The translations under genes and the position numbers were made by a program. From Octopus bimaculoides (Eukaryota), in NCBI RefSeq assembly GCF_001194135.2, contig NC_068998.1:2490494-2554493 (forward strand): a stretch of 64,000 nt of DNA, given 5' to 3'. Below, piece after piece: positions 1 through 10,538 of the stretch; position 1 is the stretch's first letter; every line of letters begins with the position of its first letter. The notes under the pieces are model-generated. The model was not told the origin of the DNA. It saw only the letters and a program-made list of their open reading frames with translations, and searched no databases.

Positions 1-48
<48 letters not shown>

Positions 49-59
49 GATGCAGTTTT

Positions 60-615
60 AGAGACGGAGATGGGTGGGGTGGGGGTATATGTATTGAGTT
101 TTAAGATATGTGTTGAACAGCTGCAAATTGAGCGGTTGCAGGAGAAGATTGTCAGAGAGAATTCAAAAAAAGGCGACATTTGGACTGGGTGAAGGTGTCT
201 GTGCGGAGTAGAGAGTATGAGTGATGAGGGAATCGGGATAACCTGAGTGGAGATGGCACCAGAGTCTGCCATAGAAAAGACAGAAGATGCAGTATGTCCG
301 GTGGGGGTCAAAGGTTGGAATTTGTTAACGAGTGACTTCATGCCAGTCGGTCTATTGGATGCGATCTAAGATGCCTGCATCTATAGCAGCAACGTCATCA
401 CAGATATAGGAGCAATATTTCCATCACGGGTCTCAGTTGAGGTTTGTATGAAGCTTGCTGCAGTGGGATCAGCTGAAAATATTTTCGTATCCGGAAGAGG
501 AATGCCAGTCTGCGGGATGCAATTTTTGTTACATTCAGAATGTCAAATCGCCGGCAGAGATCCTGAGTAAAGGCGAGGTCTAGCAGTTATTGGGGTTTTA
601 GGGGTTCAGGTTGTG
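60..615 (-). mobile_element. Degenerate non-LTR retrotransposon (CR1/L2-like) 3' end
   Basis: Broken minus-strand translation YKPQLRPVME-YCSYICDDVAA...ILDRIQ and a LWNSL-like tail resemble the post-RT region of CR1-type LINEs. The adjacent 676-960 segment (RIPT...HVFLTSN) may be endonuclease remnant. Confidence 0.6.
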
Positions 616-1706
616 TGATTCTATATTTAGTGGAGGGGGATATTTCTGGATGTGTGTGTGTGTGTAATAATTGCATCATTGTGTTGAAGGAAACCAGATC
701 AACATGGCTTCCATTAGAGAACGTTTTCGGGATCTCGTATGTTCCATGGAGTTAGTGCAAGTTTGGTGTGAAGTGTATAGATACCATGTGGAAGACGTTT
801 GGGTGTTGGAAGTTAAGAAAACATGAAGAGTGACCTTATCTGTATAAGAGTGGACTTTGATGGGAATTAACGGACCAGAAATAGTGGGAATCCTAACGGA
901 TGTCAATCAAGTGCGAAAACATTGCGTTCCAAATTTCTCAGAGGTGAGGGCCAACTAGCAAGAAACAGTCCCGGTTAGATCTGTTTTAAGAAATACTACA
1001 TCGGCAATCATTATGAAGGAAGGGACATTCAGAAGAAGAAGAAGAAGGATGATGATGATGATCGTCGTCATGTTGCAGTCGTTGGCTCTAGAGTACAAAG
1101 CTTATCTCTCCGGCATTCTCAATGCCCCATGGAAATCTGAAGGTAAAAGAGATATCACCTCACACACACAGATGGTATCTCTACAAACGACAGAACAAAC
1201 CCGACGCTTTTATGTTCTCGTATGGCTGATATCTAATACCCCCGATCATTACATCCTTCCCTGTACACCGTCTTAAAAACCCAACAGACAGAAGCTTATC
1301 GTCTCCCTTACTTTTAACAGTGTAAAAACAAGATCTCTGTAATATATAGATTTAATTTCTTCTTGCTTTCTTCGGTCTTCAAACATCTTGAATGAATGAA
1401 GGCAGCACCACGCAGTGAGAGGCAAAGTGTCAGTAACGGTTGGTAGAAAATTCTGACATCTTACTCCGTTCTTGTCGTGGCCCAGGGTGATGATGAAATG
1501 ATTGATGGGAACACATGAACGCTCCTTGTTGCAGTTGTCACCTGACTGGTCCAGAAAGAAGGAAGGAAAAAAGGAATCCAGCCTATATTTGGCTGATATT
1601 TATCGACCCCTGAAGGGATAAGAAGTAGGGCTCAGCAGGATTTGAACTTGGTGTTTAGACAGCCGAGATAAATATTACAACTACAAAAGTATCCTAATTA
1701 ACACCC

Positions 1707-2916
1707 TGTAAGGGACGACCGTGCGAACTCAAAAAGGAGAAATGGTGACGAATGGAAAAACAGAGGACTCCTTTTATTTAAACGTGTCACACGGTCGAAC
1801 ACACAATATTATATATATCAGATATGATATACAAAATGTTATACGACGATAACATAGATGACCAGTAATGAAAGACCACAACCGTATTAGATGAATAACA
1901 GAGATATTTATTATGGCGTTAAAGATGTATGTCTGTGTGAGAGTGTGAATGCGACATATAATAACATAATCAAAGACAGGCCGTCATACAAAGAAAAGTG
2001 TGTATGTGAGTGATACATGTGTGTATGAGTGTTTACAGCAGATAGAAANNNNNNNNNNNNNNNNNNNNNNNNNNNNNNNNNNNNNNNNNNNNNNNNNNNN
2101 NNNNNNNNNNNNNNNNNNNNNNNNNNNNNNNNNNNNNNNNNNNNNNNNNNNNNNNNNNNNNNNNNNNNNNNNNNNNNNNNNNNNNNNNNNNNNNNNNNNN
2201 NNNNNNNNNNNNNNNNNNNNNNNNNNNNNNNNNNNNNNNNNNNNNNNNNNNNNNNNNNNNNNNNNNNNNNNNNNNNNNNNNNNNNNNNNNNNNNNNNNNN
2301 NNNNNNNNNNNNNNNNNNNNNNNNNNNNNNNNNNNNNNNNNNNNNNNNNNNNNNNNNNNNNNNNNNNNNNNNNNNNNNNNNNNNNNNNNNNNNNNNNNNN
2401 NNNNNNNNNNNNNNNNNNNNNNNNNNNNNNNNNNNNNNNNNNNNNNNNNNNNNNNNNNNNNNNNNNNNNNNNNNNNNNNNNNNNNNNNNNNNNNNNNNNN
2501 NNNNNNNNNNNNNNNNNNNNNNNNNNNNNNNNNNNNNNNNNNNNNNNNNNNNNNNNNNNNNNNNNNNNNNNNNNNNNNNNNNNNNNNNNNNNNNNNNNNN
2601 NNNNNNNNNNNNNNNNNNNNNNNNNNNNNNNNNNNNNNNNNAGCTGTTGAAGTGGTCGCTGGAACTGCTGCTGCTGTCGTGTGGTACACGGAACAGTTCT
2701 CAAAGAGAAACTGGACCGAGACAAATTTGTGGGGTATGAGTTGATCTATTTATAGCGTTAAGAGGGCTCCAAATGGCTTCAGAATTTTACTCTATCACGT
2801 GACCTTATTAGGGGCCGTGATTGGTCAGTTTGCGTTCTGGCGGGAAAGGTTCGAAGAAGTTGCCGATTCGAATAATGATCAGTCACGTGATGACAAGGTT
2901 AATGTTTTCCCCTACG
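1707..2916 (-). mobile_element. Probable solo LTR (spans gap 2049-2641)
   Basis: Termini TGTAAGGG...CCCCTAC(G). On the minus strand the order is E-boxes and CCAAT (2824-2820), TATA (2755-2747), AATAAA (1778-1773), terminal TTACA. No TSD found. Confidence 0.5.
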
Positions 2917-4727
2917 TTCGCGTTTGTTTATATTTAAATGAGAAGAATGGCGATAGCAGTTTTGTATCTAATGGCGATAGGTATTAGAGACGATAGGTAG
3001 TTTCACTACAACCCTAACCATTGCCAATTCGTTCGTTTTACACCTTGCAAGATGCCTAAATACCAGATGTTTGACCCTTTGCATGTCCTGTGTACCCTTT
3101 GTGATACTCAGAAGATATTTCCCTGGCGTCCATGCATCATATATGATGAACATTCCCAATTTCTTTCCAGCCACCGGAGTAACTTAGGATCTATGAGAGG
3201 AAAACTTTACACAACTCGGAACGCACGAAACAAGGACTAACTAAAGGTCTGAAAACAAGCGTGGACGTTTAGGACAAACTTAAGAAACTGCTTTGTACAA
3301 GTAAAAGGTTAATCTGTTGTTGGGAACATAAATTATATAAATTAACATGAAATTTTGATCGAAGGCTTTAATTTAGATAACTTCCAGGGGGGCACGTTCC
3401 CCACTCAGGAAAAGTGCGCCCTTCTAAATAATGTTATTATGCCCTTTTCTCCTGGAATTGTATCCCGTTCTGACCTTGTGCCCTGCCTTCGAAAAATTCC
3501 TGGGACCGCGCTCAACTTCAACCCTTTTGTTACCAGATTTTTGTTGAAATACACCATCTTTGTTTCATTGAATTTCGTTGTTATCAATCCTTCTTTGCCT
3601 GTCATGTGCGTCGCCTATGATTCACTGGAAATATTTTCCTAGCGCCCATACAACCACTTGAGTAATTTGAGACTTAGAAAAGAAAAGCTTTAAATTACAA
3701 CTTATGAAACCGGAGNNNNNNNNNNNNNNNNNNNNNNNNNNNNNNNNNNNNNNNNNNNNNNNNNNNNNNNNNNNNNNNNNNNNNNNNNNNNNNNNNNNNN
3801 NNNNNNNNNNNNNNNNNNNNNNNNNNNNNNNNNNNNNNNNNNNNNNNNNNNNNNNNNNNNNNNNNNNNNNNNNNNNNNNNNNNNNNNNNNNNNNNNNNNN
3901 NNNNNNNNNNNNNNNNNNNNNNNNNNNNNNNNNNNNNNNNNNNNNNNNNNNNNNNNNNNNNNNNNNNNNNNNNNNNNNNNNNNNNNNNNNNNNNNNNNNN
4001 NNNNNNNNNNNNNNNNNNNNNNNNNNNNNNNNNNNNNNNNNNNNNNNNNNNNNNNNNNNNNNNNNNNNNNNNNNNNNNNNNNNNNNNNNNNNNNNNNNNN
4101 NNNNNNNNNNCACAACATTAAAAAAAAAGACTAGAAGGTTGTGGTTGTAAACCTTTGATGAAAGATCTGTCTGGTAGACAGATGCTGACCTGGCGATAAA
4201 CAACAACTGAGTCCACCCGCCATGTTATATGGGGTAAAAAAAAACGAAGTAGTACAAAAGTAGTGAAAACAGACAAAAACGAACGAATCAGAGAGTGGGG
4301 GGGGGGAGATATAATGAACAACAGCTTCACTACATAGAAGTTGGTCTCCCGTGATAATAGGTCGTGACTGTAATCATATTTTATTGGGTGTTTCGGCAAT
4401 AATCTTAAGAGCAGCAGATTTTCAGGCATCGAGGAGAAAGAAACCCTCTTCAAAAATATTTCCCACATGTTGTGTAAATTTAATGCGAAACGAAAACGAG
4501 GAGAATGAAGCGAAAATAAAAAATATACAAAATATTGTTAAGTTCGACATATAAAACCCTTACCTGACACATTAAAACACTTAGTGTCTGTGCAATAGAG
4601 ACGGTGACGTCTCTATTTACATGTGTTGGCTTTTTTTAAATGTCTATGTCTACGCAACGCACACCACATATATGAAAATTATAGCATACATATACGTGTA
4701 TGCGGTTGTGTGTATAAACACATTAGC

Positions 4728-4769
<42 letters not shown>

Positions 4770-5450
4770 GAGAGATAGAGAGGTGGGGAGGCGCATTCTG
4801 AAAGTTTTATTACATTATAATTCTGTTTGAAAAGTTAAAACAAAGATAAAAACGACTACGAAATATGTAAAAGACAATAAAAACAAGATTTAAAAATGAC
4901 ATTGATAGTTGAACCGCCTAAGGCGGCGATTTGGCAGAAATGTTGGCGGTATTTCGTCTGTCTTTGCGTTCTGAGTTCGAATTCCGCCGCGGTCGACTTT
5001 GCCTTCCATCCTTTCGGGATCGATAAGTTAAGTACCAGTTGCGTATCGGAGCTGATTTAATCGACTGCACTCCCCACCACAAAAAAAATTCAGGCCTTGT
5101 GCCTCGAGTAGGAAAGGATATTTGAACCGCCTCTGTACGCATATGAACACACACACAGACGCGCGCGCGTTAGATGTGCGTGTGTGTATGAAAAAGAGTA
5201 ATTTGAACTATTTAAGAACATAAATTGTTATATTCACTCTTCGTTTATTTATTTTATAGTTTCAAGTTTCGTTGTTTGGCTGTTTGCTCTCTCTTCTTTT
5301 CTATTAAAGACAATATATTTCATTATCATTCATACACACACAATCTACTTATAATAAGATGCTATGTAGATTAGATTCTTGCAATGCAGATGTATTTAAA
5401 CGCTATGATAAATAAACAAAATAATTGAGAAAAATATTACAACATATCAA

Positions 5451-5491
<41 letters not shown>

Positions 5492-5501
5492 NNNNNNNNN
5501 N

Positions 5502-5539
<38 letters not shown>

Positions 5540-6513
5540 GATATAAGAGTTTTTGTGTGCTCTTCAATGGGCTTAATATTCCTTTCACGCGTTGGTAAAA
5601 AGTCGCTTCCAAATCACATGGTTCTGGGTTCAGTCCGGTTGTCAAGTGGTGATGGGGGACAAACATATAAATACAATCTTAATTCACAGCTGATGTGTAG
5701 AAAAGGCAGGAGTTTCTTGACGGACCGTTTTACAGTCCGCCACTCCCCAGAGAACACGTATCCAGGTTCCTTCTTTAATTTCACTCATTCAAGGAGACAG
5801 ACGTAGCAGTAAGGTTGACTCACAACAATCAGCATCAACTCCGCCTCCTAGTTGCAAGCGGCTGTCGGAAATTATCTTAAAATTGTCAGCTTGTTTCTTA
5901 CACAAAATGTCCATTCAAAGTGGATGTTTATTTTTAGTGAAGAAGAAACGCGATGCCAACAACCCTTCACCAGAGACTCTGAGATGAGTTGGAAGGAGCG
6001 GGAGCGGGAGGAATGCTTGCAGCAGGGTAATCTCTGCTAAAGGTATCCAAAGTACCGAGGGACCTATCCAAGGTACCTAGAAGTTAAACTGGAGTGACAG
6101 ATCAAATCTAATACGGTGGGATTTGAACACAAAACGCTAAGAGCCGAACAAATACTATAAGGCATCCGGTTCGACGTCCTCACAGTTCTGCCAATCCGCT
6201 GCAATGGACTGGCACAATGTTTTTCTGTTTTTTTAATTTTTTATCGACTCGGAAATGCGATGTTGACCTTGATAGAAAGTTGGAGTATCTAGTGTAATAA
6301 CAAACACTATTTGTCATTGTATCCCAAGCACAAACAATTCAGTCGTTATATTTCTGTATTAATAACAGAATTACCAAATAAGGTCATCTTGCCACAACTA
6401 ATGAGAAACTATCAGAGTTGCATTACAGTCACGCATTCGTCGATGACCAGAAAAGAGTCACATAAACAATATGTCATTTGACTGAAATGGAATAATTATT
6501 TGATTTACAGAGA

Positions 6514-7458
6514 CATTGAGGCAAACAGAAAAATAGTTCAGTTCTAGCCTTATTTTTGGGATGCTGATTTCAGATACAAAACCAGTTTTCACTCGTCACC
6601 TCTAGTTTTTGAGATATACGTTATTATGATTTTGCGACAATTCACGTAACGATGTATATGATCAATTTTTATTTTCGTTTTCCAGATTTTTGTGAAGAAT
6701 TTCGTGAAGGCCATGGACAAAAAAGGCGCTGCCTCCCAACACTTGTGCACTCTGTTCCCAGCTCTGAGTTCTGCTAAGCCCAAGGAGGGCATCTTCGTCG
6801 GGCCTCAGATCCGAGAGGTGCTGAAGGACAAGGACTTTGAGGAGTTTCTTACTTTAAATGAACTGAGAGCAAGGGAAGCATTTAAGTCAGTCAGCCATGG
6901 GTTCCTTGGTAACACACAGATACTAGATTACCAAGAGTGTATCGAGAGGCTGTTACAGTCTTATAAAGATATGGGATGCCGAATAACACTCAAAATTCAC
7001 TTTCTCCACCCCCCCACCTCAAATTCTTCCCTCCGAAGCTCGGAGCAGTGAGTGATGAGCATGGAGAAAGGTTCCACCAAGATATTAACTAAGATGGAGA
7101 GAAACTACGAAGGCAAGTAGAACCCCCAATATGATGAGGGACTTTTGCTGGATGCTCTTGCGTAACATCCCGGAGGCAAAGTACACAAACTCACTTCTGA
7201 CTGCCTGCTGTATTAGGATTTGTGTGAATTGTATTATCCAAGTAATTTAATTCAATGAATGTTCTGTATCTATGCTGCTTTTTGTGTTTTATTTCTAACA
7301 GATGAAATAAACACATTATATTTTAAATTGATATGCAGTATAATTAAAATGGGAGATGTAAAAGCAAAAAAAAAAAANNNNNNNNNNACTAGAGGTGACA
7401 GAGCAAAACTGTTCAGACAATTGAATTCACAACATCAAAATTAATAAAAAAATATACC
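6514..7458 (+). mobile_element. Internally deleted CMC-superfamily (Chapaev3-like) DNA transposon with a transposase C-terminal pseudogene fragment
   Basis: 6692-7200 translates, with frameshifts and stops, to KNFVKAM..GIFVGPQIR..FLGN..KIHFLH..LGAVSDEHGERFHQDI..MERNYEGK..DFCWML. Subterminal inverted repeat GTCACCTCTAGT (6596-6607) / ACTAGAGGTGAC (7388-7399). Family name is from recall. Confidence 0.7.
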
Positions 7459-7648
7459 CTGATATACCCTCCAGCCTTTATCAGGTGTCTTGGGGAAATT
7501 TCGAACCTGGGTTCTCATTCCTAAGATATTTTTCGATGTTATTATTATTGTCATTATTATTATTATTCAGGTCACTGCCTGGAATCGAACTCAGAATCTT
7601 GGAGTTAGTAGCCCGCGCTCTTAACCACCACGCCATATGCTACGCGCG
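7459..7648 (-). mobile_element. Same element, copy 1 (intact A/B boxes, ribozyme mutated and truncated)
   Basis: A-box TGGCGTGGTGG (7635-7625), B-box GAGTTCGATTCC (7592-7581) and a tRNA-like arm GCGGG-CTACTAA-CTCCA. The core reads CUGAUAA (G8 lost) and the copy ends inside stem II. Confidence 0.72.
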
Positions 7649-8062
7649 TTTCCACAATTCACATGATTTTAACATCAGAGTCGGTATCCTTGGAATTAGT
7701 ACAGTATAATCCGTATTACCCGTGAGCATCCGGCTGGTTATCATCATTGAGTCATTTCATCAGGCGATACTGCATTATTGGATGAATCACAGGGGGACTT
7801 TTATCCATTCTTGCCAGTATGAAGGCCAATCTAGCTATGATTGTCAAGTGGTCAAACACAGACATAAAGACACACACACACATACATACATACAGCCACG
7901 TCTGAAAAGCACAACTACTTTGTTGATGTTCAAATTCGAATGAAGGGTCCATCCATCCACCCATCCATCCATCCAGCGGTATAGCCGTGGATTGAAACCA
8001 GGTCGCAGACACAACACAGCAGCAAAAAAGAACGAAGTTTAACCCCCCACACATAGACCATT

Positions 8063-8093
<31 letters not shown>

Positions 8094-10322
8094 ATCCGCA
8101 GAGACACAAACGCTTAAAAGTCACAAACATACTAAAATACTAAGAGAAACGAATGAAGACGAAGGAGCAAAAAAGAAAAGCAGAGAGAGGGAGAGATAGG
8201 GAAGAGGAAGATGGAGAGAAGGGGAGGGAAACGGAGAGGGGGCAAAAGGGAGGGGAGAAGTGGGGGTGGANNNNNNNNNNNNNNNNNNNNNNNNNNNNNN
8301 NNNNNNNNNNNNNNNNNNNNNNNNNNNNNNNNNNNNNNNNNNNNNNNNNNNNNNNNNNNNNNNNNNNNNNNNNNNNNNNNNNNNNNNNNNNNNNNNNNNN
8401 NNNNNNNNNNNNNNNNNNNNNNNNNNNNNNNNNNNNNNNNNNNNNNNNNNNNNNNNNNNNNNNNNNNNNNNNNNNNNNNNNNNNNNNNNNNNNNNNNNNN
8501 NNNNNNNNNNNNNNNNNNNNNNNNNNNNNNNNNNNNNNNNNNNNNNNNNNNNNNNNNNNNNNNNNNNNNNNNNNNNNNNNNNNNNNNNNNNNNNNNNNNN
8601 NNNNNNNNNNNNNNNNNNNNNNNNNNNNNNNNNNNNNNNNNNNNNNNNNNNNNNNNNNNNNNNNNNNNNNNNNNNNNNNNNNNNNNNNNNNNNNNNNNNN
8701 NNNNNNNNNNNNNNNNNNNNNNNNNNNNNNNNNNNNNNNNNNNNNNNNNNNNNNNNNNNNNNNNNNNNNNNNNNNNNNNNNNNNNNNNNNNNNNNNNNNN
8801 NNNNNNNNNNNNNNNNNNNNNNNNNNNNNNNNNNNNNNNNNNNNNNNNNNNNNNNNNNNNNNNNNNNNNNNNNNNNNNNNNNNNNNNNNNNNNNNNTATA
8901 TATATATGCATGTATGTATGTATGTATACGCGCGCGTGTGTATTAACAGTTTGACTGTTCTGCCTGTCCGTACCTTCCCCTCTTCACAAATGTATATTCC
9001 ACTCTATAAACACGAGGAAAGCCAACTCAAAACAAAGATTTTTTGAAATACATCCAGAGAAAAGGGAAAACTTCATCACGTCATCACACTGAGTATCATG
9101 ACGGGCGCGTTCCTCAGGCGCCGAGATTTCTCTTTCCTTCCCCCTCCCTCTCTTTCTGTGCGTGAGAGAGAGAGAGAGAGAGAAGGGGGGGAAGGAGCTG
9201 TGACAGCCACCTTGTTAGTTTAAGAATATAAACCCAACACATACACCATAGAAGAATTTGGCGTTGTGACAAGAATGAGTTGGAATTGGCGGAGGTGAGC
9301 GATGGCAAGGTCGGAGAGCGGGGGAAGAGCGGCGTGACTTCTCCATTGCTAAATGCTAAATAAAGAGAGAGAGATATTGACAGCTTGGCATGGAGGACAC
9401 CTTCGCTGGGAGGTGTGAAAATAACCACTATAATATGACCGACATGCTACTGATATTATACACACACACACATGAACATGTGTGAGGGGTGGGTATGTAT
9501 GTATGTATGTATGTATGTTTGTATGTCTGTTTGTACCCCCACCATCGCTTGACAACCGGTGTTGGTGTGCTTACATCCCCATAACTGAGCAGTGCGGCAA
9601 AAGAGAACGGAAAATCCATCAAATTCATTCATAAGGTACTGGTCGAACCGAGGCCACAACAGACGGCACTTAATCAAGGTGCCACGTGGTGAGACTGAAC
9701 CTGAAACCAAGAGGTTGCAAAGTGGCACGTCTTCTACAGTGCACGTGTTATATGTCGGCTAACATCCTAATTTTCTGTGTTAATGTTTTATGGCTTTGAC
9801 CTGGGACCCTCGTAAATAAACAGTGAGCCTGGAATGACTTCAGAACACCACCTGACATGATAGTTTAAAGAATTTCTAGAAATACTTGGGAACTTCTAAT
9901 CTCGTAATTAGATGGAATATACAGTTTGATTAGCCTATCTAATTCTGTAATCGGGTGGTATGTTAGGTGTTCATAGGGAGCGATAATAGGTCCCAAGTGA
10001 CATCTTCGTTTTCTGTTTTAATGCTGGCAGGAAACAGAAATTGAAACTTTCTAAAAGCTGCCAGAGAATTTTCGTCTGATAATGTCTTATTGCTTTGTCT
10101 AAATACACAAAACTGGAATTCCTCTGGGGTTCGCCAATAAGCGCGCATGCATACATATACATGCATAAAACCAAAAATAAAACTTCCAATTAAATGCAAC
10201 CACAAAGTAGAGAGATAATTATTTATGTTACACAAACATTAAAACCGAGGACTTTATAATGAACGCAGCACAACGCTTTCCTTAACTGCCAACGCCTGTC
10301 GGTTCTTTGAGTGTTAATCATG

Positions 10323-10538
10323 TAGAGGGTGCTGAAAAGTTCCTGGCTTTGGGTAAAAGAAAATAGAGTAGGATCAGTTAATTATAATTTTATTGAACGT
10401 ATTCGCCACTCAGATTCACACTTATTGCCGCGGTCCTTCAGTTTTTCTGGGCCCTGTGAAAGAACTTAGAAAGTTGGGCCTCCAACCGCGCCTTTCGCGA
10501 CACCCTCAAAGCCAGGAACATTTTAGCAACTCCTCGTA
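10323..10538. mobile_element. Tc1/mariner-type MITE
   Basis: About 28-bp imperfect TIRs (TAGAGGGTGCTGAAAAGTTCCTGGCTTT / AAAGCCAGGAACATTTTAGCAACTCCTCGTA) with TA at both ends. Confidence 0.8.

Noticed and set aside
3380-3515. Possible hAT-like MITE (GC-rich, AAAATTCCTGGGACCGCGC end)
   Set aside because: I could not pair two TIRs or find a TSD.
7575-7648. tRNA gene calls at SINE heads (here and in families A-C)
   Set aside because: A and B boxes are present but acceptor and anticodon stems are imperfect, and each head is fused to a repeat body.
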